The translations under genes were made by a program, and so were the position numbers. Shown here one piece after another: positions 1-13,014 of a stretch of DNA of 64,000 bases; positions within the stretch are counted from its first letter, which is position 1; each line of letters opens with the position of its first letter. This stretch comes from Fistulifera solaris. Lineage: Eukaryota. The stretch is taken from contig AP026162.1 of NCBI GenBank assembly GCA_030295235.1, forward strand, positions 1,116,001 through 1,180,000, in the 5' to 3' direction. The notes beneath the pieces are model-generated. The model had not been told where the DNA came from. It worked only from the letters and a program-made list of their open reading frames with translations, and ran no database searches.

Positions 1-473
1 ATCGGTTAATTCCACCAGTATACTTGCAGGTAACTTTGATGCGCTTGAGTCGGTACGATCCTCAAATTCATCTAACACGAGCGGAAGTGCCTCAATAAAT
101 GAACCTTCGCGGAGGGAGAATAGAAACTTTTGATCGTTACTACGACAAACAAGTCGAACAGAAGTTGATTGCACCATTTTCTTCAGGTCATACCGCGGAG
201 TTCGATAATCATTTCCAGGGCCGGAATTGTAGAACGAAGGCTCGGGGGAATAGTTGTACTCATCTTCGTCATCGAGATCTGCAGCAAAACGCGGCATTGC
301 TTGAGAGTGTTTTCAACACACTTATTGTAATAACGTCTACTCCTTTGATCGTTTATCACAAGCCTCGTAGAATAGTCAACCTGAAACGTTGAGAGTTGAT
401 AACCTTTCAAGCTAAAGACTACTGGTATATGTTTCACAGTTTTATTTTTAAAGGCAGCAGCGTATCGTCGCAT
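1..473 (-). CDS. 5' part of a hypothetical protein running off the left edge, probably with one frameshift near 190-230
   Basis: ORF 183..509 contains ATG (MRRYAAAF...). A second minus-strand frame (DLKKMVQSTSVRLVCRS...LVELTD) stays open to position 1. No recognisable domain. Confidence 0.35.
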
Positions 474-717
474 GATCGCATCGCATAAAAAGCGAGAGCT
501 GCCGCGCACCGCGAACCGCGAATAACAGTCAAAACAAGTAAATGTCGTAGCGGTCGCCTGGTCATAAAACGATGATGATGAATGATGATAAATAATACCA
601 GGTATAGCTGCATTGTTTCATCGTTAGCCTACAAACTAACCAGGTTCTAATTTACAAGAATTCAGTTGCAAACACAAAATTGTTGAAAGGGGCGAAACCG
701 AGCACTTCCGTTGCGAA

Positions 718-1320
718 ATGAATGAAGAATCGACGGCACAAGACGATGAACGACATGGTATTTTGGCCCATTTCGAAACCTATGGATGGAAGCCAGATCC
801 TTCTTTGCCCGACGATGAAAACATAATGGATCTCGTATTCATAATAACAAGAGCTGCCAAGCTAAAACAAGGAAGCATGGCATGCATTATACTTCGTCCA
901 CCGGATTCTTCGACCGAAGAAAGTCAAAACAACTCTCTAGTGAACAGGATCATAAGCATCTCGAATAACCAAGCACTCTACAAAGCAGGTAACAGTGACG
1001 TCCACGCAGAGATCGTTGCTATTGGAAATGCAGCTCAAAGAGGAATACCAACAGATCAAGCAACAGCATATATCACCATGCCGCCGTGTAAAAATTGTTT
1101 TGGGGCTCTCGTTTCAGCTGGGATCAAACGAATTGTGACCGTTTATCCACCTCGTGAACACTTTACTGCCGTTCTGGCAAGGTTGGGGATCGAAATGGTT
1201 GCAATTGAAAACCTTGCTGAGGTCCGATCCCGAGTGGACAAGCTCATTGCTGCTTACAACGACTTGCCAGCAAGTAAACGTCAAAAGAGCGACGATAGTT
1301 CCAATTTAGAACCATCGTGA
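718..1320 (+). CDS. Cytidine/deoxycytidylate deaminase family zinc protein
   Basis: HAE motif (SDVHAEIVAI) and PCxxC motif (TMPPCKNCFGALVSAGIKRIV); intact 200-aa ORF. Confidence 0.88.
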   Translation: MNEESTAQDDERHGILAHFETYGWKPDPSLPDDENIMDLVFIITRAAKLKQGSMACIILRPPDSSTEESQNNSLVNRIISISNNQALYKAGNSDVHAEIVAIGNAAQRGIPTDQATAYITMPPCKNCFGALVSAGIKRIVTVYPPREHFTAVLARLGIEMVAIENLAEVRSRVDKLIAAYNDLPASKRQKSDDSSNLEPS

Positions 1321-1874
1321 TGTTGACTTGTGCATACGACTAGTGCGCTGGAGTTTTAATGACGCTAAAAATTACGCTGATTAACTTCTGGCACCTGTTA
1401 CTGATTTAAGTTTCATTTAATTGAGATCTAGGGCTCGCAAATAACTCCATATATTATCCTGGGTGATGTTGACATGAGAGCCTGGCTAGTTTGTCAACTT
1501 TGATTGTCGACTTATAAGTCTTTGGGGCGTACTAACATAGATTATGGGTCTCTAGCTCTAGCGTATTGCTCACTGCTCACTCGCCTTGGTCGGCTGCTGT
1601 CTGCTGAGGTTATAGGGACGATAAGGATGGGGTCAAAGCAAACAATACGGCACTTGTACTATATCATGCCTAAGTAGTCTCTTTGTGTCCAGTAAGACAT
1701 TTAGTTGTACACACTGATGTCGCAACGTACATTTCGACGAGTTCAATACCGCATACCTCTTACCCGCATTACTAAAATTCTTTGTCGGTCGCTCCTCGTT
1801 TTTTCAATCTTCCTCGTTATGCGCATCGTTGCGGTCGATCAAACCCTGCTCCAAACAATCACATTCAAATAACA

Positions 1875-2561
1875 ATGGTAGCTTCTGACACCAAAATCAT
1901 CGATGGTCGCGATCATCTTTACGGTCGCTTGTGTAGTATAGTGGCCAAGGAATTGCTCGCCGGACAAAAATTGTCATCGTGCGATGCGACGAAATGTGCA
2001 TCTCCGGTTCACGTGAGTCTCTTTCTATCGTTTCTTCATTAGTGACTTCTTCCATGTGACTTTACTAACAGCTCTAATTTTGATTGATATACAGTGACAC
2101 GAAACAAGGTCAAATATGCCCAGTTCCGTAACAAACGCATGAACACCAACCCCGGCCGAGGACCGTTCCACTTCAAAAGCCCCGCCATGATGGTCTGGCG
2201 AACTATTCGAGGCATGGTAAACCAGAAAACGGTCCGAGGACAAGAAGCGCTGCAGCGCTTGTCCACCTTCGAGGGTATTCCGGCTCCCTATGACAAACAG
2301 AAGCGCGTTGTCGTTCCAGCCGCCCTTCGGGTTATGCGATTGAAGCCGGGCCGCGATTACACCATCATCGGTGACCTCGCACACGCTGTCGGATGGAAGC
2401 ACCGGGAACTTCTGCAACGCTTGGAATCGAAGCGTAAAGCTGATGCGCAGGAGTTCTTCGAGAAAAAGAAGGCCAAGGTTGCTCTTCGCAGAAAGGCTGA
2501 AGAAGCTGCCTCGTCGGAACTTGCTAAGGTTAACGAGGTTCTTGCTTCTGCAGGTTTCTAA
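1875..2561 (+). CDS. RPL13A: 60S ribosomal protein L13a (uL13); intron 2013-2094; 1-nt deletion in the A-run at ~1966-1970
   Basis: IIDGRDHLYGRLCSIVAKELLAGQK / IVIVRCDEMCISGS | LTRNKVKY...NTNPGRGPFHFKSP...RLSTFEGIPAPYDK. The GTGAGT...ACAG intron restores the frame. Confidence 0.95.
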
Positions 2562-2852
2562 CTTTATAGGATGAAAAACTGCTGACTTTACATCATAACT
2601 GTTGTAGCACGATATGCCTTATCTGTTTAAGCTTCTAGTTACCACGTATTGTAGTGTGATTTCGACCTCGTTCTTGTCTTGGCGGAGAGCAGACAGGCTG
2701 CTGTGCGGGTTTGACAGCAGGACCGTGCTCATTGCTCACAAAACCTTGCTTCGTCGCCAACAAACTAATTTTAAGAGTCTAGTTCAAGCGTGCTAACAGC
2801 TTCACAGTAGAGAAACAAATAACAATCCGAACCCTTAGTATTAATTGAGAGC

Positions 2853-3833
2853 ATGACAGCGAAAGTGCAAAGCGTGGGCTTTATTGGGGCGGGGATGATG
2901 GCATCGGCTGTGATGGTAAGGCTGTCCTGCAAAAACAACTTCATTATCTTTTGTTTGTCTGAATGCAATGTCATGAATAGGAAGGACTAGTATCAAAAAT
3001 GTTGTGGATACTCCTGGCTCCATTATCTGCTCCGATTTGTTCAAAGAAGCTTTAGAAAAGGCAGCCGAGAGAGGATTCAAAACAACTGAATTGAACCGGG
3101 AAGTTTGCGAGTTTGCTGTTGACGCTATTATTATTGCCGTAAAACCAAATGCAGTTCAGACAGTCTGTCGCGATATCTTGGCGGTTGAAAACAAAACTGC
3201 TGTCATTATCAGTATTGCAGCTGGCGTTACTTTGGAGGAGTTAGAGCGTGGCCTTCCGGGGAGACGTGTCGTACGTATTATGCCCAACACCCCTTGTCAA
3301 GTGGGTGAAGGCGCATCTTGCTACAGTCTTGGAACACTGGCAAATACGCAAGATCGTGTGATAGTCGAAGTTCTTTTTGGTGCCGTTGGTTTGATCCGTG
3401 AAGTTCCGGAACATTTGATCAACGCAGTGACAGGCCTTTCTGGTAGCGGCCCGGCTTACGTGTTCATGTTTATTGAAGCCTTAGCTGATGGTGGCGTTCG
3501 TGCAGGTCTCACCCGAGCCGATGCTTTGAAGCTCGCGGCCCAGACCGTCAAAGGAGCTGCTGAAATGGTTCTCAAAACGGAAACTCATCCCGGTGTACTG
3601 AAGGATCAAGTTTGCTCGCCTGGAGGAACGACTATTGCGGGATGCGATGAACTCGAGAAAGGGTAAGTCTGGGCTTTTCGTCTTGAATTGCGTTACCCTT
3701 GAAGTCTCACCTTTTATGAATTCAAAGAGGCTTTCGTTCAGCAACTATCCAGGCGGTTAAAGCCGCGACGAAAAGGAGCATGCAACTCGGTCATGTTGCC
3801 GAAACAGATATTACTAACAAATACAACTTGTAA
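2853..3833 (+). CDS. proC: Pyrroline-5-carboxylate reductase; introns ~2916-2980 and ~3663-3727
   Basis: VGFIGAGMMA Rossmann motif, AVKP, ISIAAGV, RIMPNTP, TGLSGSGPAYVF, VCSPGGTTIAG. Confidence 0.93.
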
Positions 3834-4340
3834 AGTTTAGAGGAATGTCTTGTCAGGAAACGTCGATCGCATAGAAGATATGGAGTAATTCAACCCACGA
3901 TAGCCCCAGGGCAGTACTCTAAACCGACTATGGTGATCAAGTTGTAATCAGAATTGTTGTATCAGCGCTACAATGAAATCGCTCAAAAGGCTTGAATAAA
4001 TTAGACCGTTTCTCGTTAATATTTCATTCATTCATTTTCAACATGTGACTGACGTATCTTTTGAATCGCGAATTCTATTTGTCGTGGTGATCGATTTCGT
4101 CCTCATTTACTATCAAACAAAGTGTTGGTTTATGCGGAAACACGACTTCCTTATCTACGCACTCGGACATGATTTTGCCGTTGTTGGGTGCCGGATCGAA
4201 ACAAACGTCGTCGCAAACAAAAAGCGCAAAAACACGCAAATGCTCAAAATTCCAACCACTCGTTTTCGCATTCATTGACAGTCGCCTCCGACTCCATCAG
4301 CGACGACGAATCTTACTTTCAAACACACCAATACTCTACC

Positions 4341-5307
4341 ATGGATCGAAAAAATGCTAGTCCTCCGGGAAACTGCCGCTTTGCGGTGCCAAAGAAAGGA
4401 CGATTAAACGAAAAGGTCATGGAAATGCTCAGCGGAGCGGGCATCGAGTTTCATCGTGAACCTCGTTTAGATGTTGCTCTTTGCAAGAATCTGCCGATAA
4501 CTATCGTATTTCTACCCGCATCGGATATCGCAAAGTACGTTGGCGAGGGTGACATTGACTTGGGAATCACAGGGTACGATGTTGTCGAGGAAAGTATGGT
4601 GGAAGTCAACAAAATCATGGACTTGGGATTCGGCAAGTGCAAACTTTGTGTGCAAGCCCCTGTCGTAGACGAAATCAAGAATGTAGAGGATTTGGCTGGC
4701 AAAAGAATTGTGACGAGCTTCCCTGCACTTACCAAAAAGTTTTTCGGACCATTGGATTATAAGAAGGGTGTTGAGACGAAGATTAATTTTGTATCGGGGT
4801 CAGTAGAAGCGGCTTGTGGCTTGGGTTTGGCTGATGCTGTCGTAGATCTCGTGGAGACTGGAACCACGATGAAGGTGCGATGATGTTTCTGTTAGGCAGC
4901 TTTCTTGTTTGACTTGACTTGTGTCAGCTTATTTTGCGTTTTTCTCCGAACAGGCGGCTGGCTTGGAAGTTGTGAGTGACATTCTGTCGACGCAAGCGAT
5001 CTTGATCGCCAACCCAAAAGCCCAGCACCAGGATATTGTTGATCTCATACAACGACGATTGGAGGGCTTCATAACGGCGAGAAATTCTGTATTCGTTGTC
5101 TACAATATTTCTAATCATTTGCTGGCAAAGGCCACCGCAATCACACCCGGAAAGCGATCGCCCACCATTACCGCATTGGATGATGGCGAGTCTAAGTCGG
5201 TTTCTGCTCTCGTTCCCAAAGCCAATGTGAATGATATTATGGATCAGTTGCACGATATTGGAGCAACAGACATCCTAGTTATGAATCTGTCGAATTGCCG
5301 TATGTAG
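4341..5307 (+). CDS. hisG: ATP phosphoribosyltransferase (long form); intron ~4875-4953
   Basis: FAVPKKGRL, DLGITGYD, DLGFGKCKL, GSVEAA, ADAVVDLVETGTTM, and C-terminal domain TPGKRSPTI...GATDILV. Confidence 0.95.
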
Positions 5308-5373
5308 CGAACTTTTTAAGAAATGGATCTTAAATGCTAAATTCGATATTTTAAAACGTGTGATTATTTAGCT

Positions 5374-6292
5374 TTAGTCGTCACTCGAGCCGCCACGGTT
5401 CTTTCCGTGGACTACACCGAGAATATAATCATCCCCTCGTTTCAAAACGCGGTCGCTCAATCGGACATTGTCGGGCAAAATCACTCGGTCAACGCGAATG
5501 ACCTCCTTGAACTGCAAATTTGTACATTCCAGCTCGAGGCGTTCCGGGATGGGGTGCCCTCTCCGACGAAGCACTCAACGTAACGCTGAATAGGAATAAT
5601 AAAACCGTCGCGTTTTAAAGCAGGACTTTCTTCCTCGTTCACGTAGACGAGAGGAAGACGAATCGGTCTGCCAGCATGGTACCGACAGAAATTGGCACAA
5701 TAGATTGTCTCCTTTACGGGATGTCTTTGGACGTTTTGCGGGATAACTCGATGGACAGTTCCACTACTATCATCGTCTGGGTCCTCTACGGTCAAATCAT
5801 ACACCCTCGACTCAAAGCTTCGATGATACCGATCTAACTCAGCCTGTAGCAATCGCCAAGGAGTCTTGATGAGGAACTTGCTTTCGGGCTGATCCGATCG
5901 GATACCCAAGGAAGGATCGCCTCCGTACAAAATTCCCGGAATCATCTTTTCTTCACGTAGCCATTCGCTGCTACGCGACCCTGTCTCCTTTCCGAGTCTC
6001 GTAAATAGCAAGTCAGAGGTCGAATATTGAGTTCGTAGCTGTCATCCGAAACAGTCTTTGATTCGACATCATTCGACTTGATAATAGGTGCCGATGCCTG
6101 CTGTTTTTCTTCCTCTTGAAATGCAATAGGATAGTTTGCTTTCAAGTAAGCTAGAGTAACATCATCCGTCTCGGCTTTTGCCTTTGTGAGGCCTTGGACA
6201 AAAACGGAAGGGTCTTGCCGAAGTGAACTCAAGGCCTTTGCGAGAACTCTCCTATGTAGCGGTAATCTACTTGATAACCTTGAAGCAAACAT
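5374..6292 (-). CDS. rplY: Organellar (probably mitochondrial) ribosomal protein bL25/Ctc family; two frameshifts (~5990, ~5560)
   Basis: LREEKMIPGILYGG, VQRHPV...NFCRY, IPERLELEC...VIRV spread over three overlapping ORFs; Arg/Ser-rich transit-like N-terminus MFASRLSSRLPL. Confidence 0.78.
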
Positions 6293-6463
6293 CGTTGATG
6301 TGCTGTGTTTTTGTTAAGGCTAATTGAAGAAATTATAATAGCAGGTACTCCGTTATAGTCGATAAGTATAGCATGCTTTGCAATGCGGTCGACGCGATCG
6401 TCGCGGAAAAAAGAGGTCGGCGGGTGCGGCGATTGACGCTGACGCTGACGACGGACTGCCCAC

Positions 6464-6486
6464 TCATGACTGAAATGCAGTCGTGA
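6464..6486. repeat. Dispersed 22-bp hairpin motif, copy 1 (variant copy at 6799-6824)
   Basis: TCATGACTG-AAATG-CAGTCGTGA; the same motif occurs at 26557, 26776, 26979, 52281 and 52487. Confidence 0.75.
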
Positions 6487-7460
6487 TATCCCGCCACTTT
6501 TACATTACGAGATCCGTGTAGATGTTCAAACCGACATCGAGCTGCTGATTTCCAATGCAGCAGAAATAGATTTCATCGTGATAATCCTTGGTAAATAACA
6601 TCAACAAGTGTAGCTCATCTTGGTAGAAAAGTGACTGATTTTTTTACGCTTTGACTAAAAGTTGTGTTTCGATTACTGTACTTGGATAAGTGCTACAGTT
6701 TTTCATTGGTGATACCATTGTTTTATATCCATCTTAGCAGCACTAGATAGCAGAATGAATCGAACTGAGGAAGTCTGGCTCGAAATCAAAACAATCTTGA
6801 TTCATGACTCATAAGCAGTCACGACAAAAGGTCGCAGACACATTAGCCTATAGCGATTTTGAGGAAGAACGATCCGCAAAAATTTTCCGATATCCAGATT
6901 CGAAGCGGGTGTTGCAAATGATGCTGATGGTAATTTCATCGTAATCAAGTCAATTATGACATGGAAATTTTGCAGAACGAATTGAATTGAGGCAGCATTC
7001 TGGCTCTAAAGTCGGCCGTGACTGTAACGCAATCGTGGTCTGCTTGAACCAACACTTTGAGCCTATAGTAGTTTCGAAGACCCGCTTTGCTTCGACCTTC
7101 GACCTATTATACTCCGTATTTACTTTGTATTTACGATGAGATATTTGTCGATGAGAAATATTTCATCTCATTGCAATTAATAATGCTAATACCAAACTAA
7201 TAGAGTTATAATTGCTCGTTATTTTTGGTGCATTCATGCTGCTTTGCATGGCGTTCGTGTCGTCTGAGAAGTAAGATAGAGGGTGTTCAGCATCCCTCTA
7301 TGGTTTGCTTGGCAACTATTAGGGGACAAGCCACGCATGCCACGGCTCGTTAAGAAGGCGACTCAAATATCTATTCTAAGTGGCAATCATTGCTCATCCC
7401 CCAAGCGACTTACCATTCGATTGAAACGTACGTGGCCGTCGTACATACAGAGGAAGAGTT

Positions 7461-8420
7461 ATGGATGCGTCTGAATTTGCCACAACGGATACAGCCCACG
7501 ACGAATTTTGGGATATTGCTTTAGAAACGCACGGAACAGCTTCTTTGACAGCCCATGTTGACGATGCTAGTAGCTCTTCTTCCGAGGATCACTCGTTCAT
7601 CACGACAACACGTATTACCTATCGGCTTGAATGTCCATCGCGACCACCGTTTCGGGTGTCTTTGAGTCCTCTCGCACCGAAATCGGGAATATGGAGTCCT
7701 TTGGGATCCGATATCTGGTATGGATCCGCGCTACTGACTGCTTTCTTGTTCACGGAGGAAGACCACCCAGCAGCTGAACGATTGCACCGTTTTCTTAAAA
7801 CGAACCTTGCATCCGAAATAATGAGAGAATTCAGTGTCTTGGAACTGGGAAGTGGTGCAGTGGGACTAACGGGTCTTGCTGCTGGTTGGATGCTACGTTA
7901 TCACCCTACAATTACATCAGAAGACGGATTAACGCGTCCAATTCGTATTATCTTGACCGACAATGACGAAGATGTCCTTCGACAGTTGAGACAGAATATC
8001 GACCATAATATCGATGCGGTACAACACACGCCTTCGACGACACGCCAGAGCATAAATTACAGTGTGGAGTATTTGGATTGGCATGAACCATCGCCTTTAC
8101 TTTCACCCGTGCAGTTTGTAGTTGGGTCCGAGCTTGTTTATAACAACGAAACGGCGAAAGCCTGCTTTGAGGTTGTGTGTTCCTTGATTGATCAAAACCC
8201 ACATGTCCTGATTCTCATCATTCAAGTTTCAGATAGAGATGGATGGAGAAATCGATTCATTCCCGGACTTCAGCAGCGAGACAATGTAGTCGTGGTAGAA
8301 AGTGTCTTATCAGACCCTTTGCTTCACGAGCGAGCAGCCAGCTTGGTTCGTTTTGGAGGCACGCTCAATCGAGAAGATTATTCGCTATGTTATGTATACA
8401 ATGACCAAATGTCCTTCTAA
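7461..8420 (+). CDS. SAM-dependent protein methyltransferase (METTL21/Methyltransf_16-like)
   Basis: GSDIWYGSALL, VLELGSGAVGLTG, ILTD, YLDW and VVGSELVYN motifs. Confidence 0.85.
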   Translation: MDASEFATTDTAHDEFWDIALETHGTASLTAHVDDASSSSSEDHSFITTTRITYRLECPSRPPFRVSLSPLAPKSGIWSPLGSDIWYGSALLTAFLFTEEDHPAAERLHRFLKTNLASEIMREFSVLELGSGAVGLTGLAAGWMLRYHPTITSEDGLTRPIRIILTDNDEDVLRQLRQNIDHNIDAVQHTPSTTRQSINYSVEYLDWHEPSPLLSPVQFVVGSELVYNNETAKACFEVVCSLIDQNPHVLILIIQVSDRDGWRNRFIPGLQQRDNVVVVESVLSDPLLHERAASLVRFGGTLNREDYSLCYVYNDQMSF

Positions 8421-8504
8421 ATGCGCTTTCATGATTTATCTTGTAGCTTTAACCATTTACATTGACTTCTCTAGTTCAGCGTTTCTTTCGACAACAATTC
8501 TCAA

Positions 8505-9932
8505 CTACATTAGTATGCAATCGGTGTCTGGTGCCGTGGGTATTGATATTTTCCGAAGGACTGCGAGCAATGGCGTCCATTCTTCGTCATTATTAAGTTT
8601 CGGAAGCACCATGGAGTAAAAACCGTAATCACCCCTCTCCTTCGGCCAGGTTTTCAAAACAAACTCTTTGAGTTGGTCGTCCGACATGCGAGGAGAGCGT
8701 ATCAGTGCTTCACGAGTCGCAAAAGAGCCATGCATTCCAAGTACTCCACATAATGAAAAGAAACAGTTTCTTTGGAGCAACAGTCCTCTCCTTTTAGCAG
8801 CTCACCGTACGATTTGTCAAAACCACGAAACGCCTCCATACCTTCATGCTTCTTGTTATACCAGCCGTCAACCTTCCCTGCCACGACACGCGTCAGCGGG
8901 AACGCATGGAATCGATGCCACTTGTTGTGTTCTCTCGTATCAATAGCATGAATGCCGATCGACTCAAGGCATTGCGCGGTCACAAGACCTGGATTTCCTT
9001 GCAACCATGCAGACGCGTCCGGTCCTACCCAACATTTGTCCGCGTGTTCGTCCCATTTTTGCATCAATTTCTTCATAGTTCCCCGCGAAAGTAAATAACC
9101 AGCCGCTCCGGAATTGAACACGTCTTCTTTTCCGTTCCGTAAAGCGTGTCCGGCGTACAAATCGTCTTCAGCATTCAGTCCATCTAGATAAGTACACAAA
9201 TGCTCCGGTATTACAAACGTATGATCATTGACAAAAAAACAAAAATCAGGATCCACCCTTTCATGAATGGCACGGATTGTATAAAACAGTCGAGGCAGAC
9301 CATCGTCTACACCAATCATATCCGGCAAAAGAAGCGTTTGAGGATAGCTAAATGTGTCACTGGGTTCTTTTTCCTCCGAAAATGTAAGGTGGCTTCCCTG
9401 GGGAAACTCGGTCTGGTTGTGTAGAACGAAAATAGCCCTCGCGTACGGTCCCCATGTTTTATGAATCGAGTCCAGCCGGAGACCACGACCTTTGGGGTTC
9501 ACCACCGATGGCACTGTCGACACAAAAGACGAAAATGAATTGATGAGGGAGACGGAGCACACAAAATGAACTCTCGGAGCATCCGATTAAGTACTTACTG
9601 ACAACGGTCACAAAGCGCGGCGGCCCTGAATAGAAATGGTGATGAAAACCCTGTCGTCTTCGACGAAAAACAGCCGTACCGTGTGCCCATGGATTTCTCA
9701 TGACATGTAAAATGACCTTTCGGTGCTGGTGATGCAACAGAACGTATCCCAAAAAGAAGCCCAGTATTAGAAAGATTGCTACTGCCAAGGCAGCACATCG
9801 ATCTTCCCCTCTCCGACGCCGTTGTCGTTTGCCGGATTTGGGATTGTCACTAATACTATTTGGACTTGGATATTCGGAAGGCATATCGTCTTCGATGACG
9901 TGCTTCTTCCGTGCGTGTAAATGAGACGCCAT
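8505..9932 (-). CDS. GT31/Fringe-like glycosyltransferase (core-1 beta-1,3-galactosyltransferase-like), type II membrane; intron ~9517-9597; frameshift ~8730
   Basis: N-terminal TM helix (ALAVAIFLILGFFLGYVLL), KTWG, FVNDHTFV, YAGH, FNSGAAGYLLSRG, CCSKETVSFHYV. Confidence 0.8.
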
Positions 9933-10275
9933 TCTCTTTTGATTGTGCAGTATTAGTAAAGGACTCTACTTGTAGCGAATCGCGGCTTGTTTAATAATGT
10001 ATGGTGCCAATAATAACAAATAATGTTGTAAATTAATGCAAATAAGGCACTTTGATCGGAGTGAAGTATCTTTGCGTGATGCGTCGTGCAAAAGCAAAAG
10101 TCTTTTTTTAAACGGACAACACTAACTACAGTGAAATGTTTAGCTCTTTTTTCACTATACAACTCATCTTACGGTACTCGGAACTCGTCCCCCGCCCGCC
10201 TTATTATTTTTTTGCAACAACCAATGCGGCCGTTTTAGTTTCATTGATGATTACCCTGTAGGCAAAGTTTGTAAC

Positions 10276-12191
10276 ATGGATGACCTATTTGCCCTCGTCG
10301 AAGAAGATGATAATCAACAGGTTCTAGGAGGAGATGATGCGTCGCAGACCTCTGACCCTCGTCGAGGAGCTTCTACTTCTCCTGCCCCTCCGAGGGATAA
10401 TATTCAAGAAAGACTGTCATCGTCGATCGATGCACAAATTGGTTTACGAATTATCAATCGCAAGATATCGGGAGCCGAAATGATGGATATGATCGCGGCG
10501 TCAGTCTATCGATCGCCGGCTATGCTCAGTGCCATGAGTCTTAACGATCTCAACAACCACATTCTCGCAGAGCCCACCTTGGTGGTCGATGCTTCGACAG
10601 TTTGTGGCCGCACCAACTTTTGCACTGTTGGGATGGTCTTTTCCAATTCCGGGACACGAACGTCTTCTACGGGAAATGCCTTTTGCGCTCTGACATTGGG
10701 TAATTTTGCTAGCGGACCTGCGATTAGTGTTTTACTCTTTGGGACTGCCTACAGCAAATACGTTCGAGCTCTGACACCGGGAAAAGTCGTCTTTTTGGAA
10801 AATCCCCGTCTCGTGCCCAGTAAAAGCAATAAATCCGACCGCAAAGAAACTTCCATTTCGTTTTCGGTCAGCATTGAGAGGGAGATTCAACTCGTGGGAG
10901 ATGCACAAGACTTTGGAATTTGCAAAGCAATGGTTCGCGGAAAGAATGAAAATGGACAGTGGACGGACAATGCGAAACGCTGTAAAACGTACGTGGATAC
11001 TCGCGAGTGCTTGTACTGTAAAGTGCACCGTCAGCAAAACAACGTCGTGGATGAATCGTCGGGAAATAAAATGGAGAAACTCCGACAAGAAGCAAGAGAG
11101 AATCCGTCTCAAACCAAGTTACCGGGTCATCGACCGGGAGATCATTTGCAAAAACCGACCAATCCAGCACAGTCCATGCTCCGTTCGGCGGCTCAGCCAT
11201 CCGTGGGATCAAGCGTCCGTGCTTATCAACCATATGAAGCTAGGCAACAATCGACTAATCCACTCTTAAAAGATTGCGTCGCTAAGCCAGCAGTACGACG
11301 CGGCGCTGGGTCTGCCGCTCTATCGAAAAACCTACATCAAGGTTCGACTAAAATGACCCCTGCTACAACGAGTCAATTACCTTGTCGGGGTATCGCGAGC
11401 AATAAACGTTCGTCCGTTTCGACCACTTCAAAACCAGATCTTCTTAGTCAGATTACCGGAGGTCGATCGAATGGCAACAAGAGGAAATTCGCATCGGTCA
11501 ACACGGACACAGGTCATTTCGATGGCCAAGTTCCAGTGCCCAAACCCAAGCAGTTTGCTCCTATCGATCGAGAAAGGGCCTCCATGTACCAGGCCAAGCA
11601 TCAACGGCCTGTTCTAGAAGTTGGGTCAAAGTCTGAAACGTACATTCGTATGCGACAAAGACAACTAGCAGAACAGCGCAAGTGCGACATCAAAAGTCTT
11701 CCTTTGAGACCCACGCCGCAAAATCGGCTCCTTTCTCAGAAGAATGGCTCCCATGTGCTACAAAAAGCCAAGGGAAGCGACATTTTTGGGTCCGTCAGCA
11801 AAGATGAAATGGCGCGTGTTATGGCTGCCAAAAGTCGCTTCGCCGACGAAGCGGACGCGGAGGAATATGCTCGAGCAAGACAAGCCGTATCAGAGCTCGA
11901 AAAGAAGAATTCAAGACATTACGAAAAGACAAGAACAAGCAAAACACAACAAATCAACGACCGTCGTCGATCAAGACGGAATATTTTTGCATACAATGCA
12001 AACGAAATTATGTGAAAGTTCCACCGTCGTGTCACCTCATGGAGCACAAGATACGTGTCGATCGAAAGATTCTAGGTAATCAAACCACGGCGGAGAAGCG
12101 CATGATGCTTTCGACGAAAAGTGTGGAAGATGGCGGTATGGTTTTGGCACAAGGTATCGATTGGGACAGTCGATTTAGCTATAGATCCTAA
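10276..12191 (+). CDS. MCM10: DNA replication factor Mcm10; frameshift ~11905
   Basis: OB-fold region followed by zinc finger DFGICKA...RCKTYVD...CLYCKVH. The shifted frame gives a C-terminal YFCIQCKR...C...H zinc motif ending TAA at 12189-12191. Confidence 0.85.
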
Positions 12192-12239
12192 AACGATAGG
12201 TGTCTTCATGAGCACTGCTAGTACCAAACGATGTAAAAA

Positions 12240-12788
12240 TTAATGAGCCTCTTCTTCGCAGTGGGCCTTGTATGCGTCAGCGCTCAACAATGACTTCAAT
12301 TCCGCTTCGTCTTTGATTTCGATCTTGACAAACCAAGCTTTGCCTTCGGCCTCCGAGTTGACCATTCCGGGCTCATCCGAAAGAACTTCATTGACCTCAA
12401 CTACAGTGCCGCTGACAGGTGCATATACATCCGATGCAGCCTTGACAGATTCGACACTTCCAAAAGATTCGCCCTTGGCGAATTCGTCTCCTACTTCTGG
12501 AAGATCGACGAAAACAATGTCACCCAATGCAGCCTGAGCGAAATCGGTAATTCCACAAGTACCGATTTTTCCATCTACTTTGACGTACTCGTGGGCTAGA
12601 AGAAGAAACAATAGTTACTGAACTATGAGGAGAAGCTTTCGATTTCTAATGTTTCAGTAAAAATCCTTACCAGGAGTAAAATAGGACGAGAAGCGGACAC
12701 CTCCGAGGTGTGTGACGCGGCTCATACGAGCGACGCTGTCGAACGATCGACGAGCTACTGTGCGTGTCAAGAAGCTAACGGAAGCCAT
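12240..12788 (-). CDS. gcvH: Glycine cleavage system H protein, mitochondrial; one intron ~12597-12671
   Basis: HEYVKV, GITDFAQAALGDIVFVDLP, lipoyl motif VESVKAASDVYAPVSG; exon 1 has an Arg-rich transit peptide. Confidence 0.95.
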
Positions 12789-13014
12789 GTTGTATGTTTT
12801 AGTAAGGAAACAGGAAGATTTTTCTTAGCTGTTGATGTTACTACGATTCTTTCAATGAATGCTATGAAACTCGTCTTATCACTTTACCAATCTCGTCGCT
12901 TTTTCATTGCGATCGATGCGGCGTTGCCGTTGCGTCACTGCGGCAGTATCTTCAAAATGTTGCAAACGTCACACCTTCATTGTTGAGGCTCCTGATGACG
13001 TCAACACACATTTC

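Noticed and set aside
183..185. TGA readthrough at the end of ORF 183..509
   Set aside because: The same frame closes again soon after, whereas another frame is open to the window edge, consistent with another indel.
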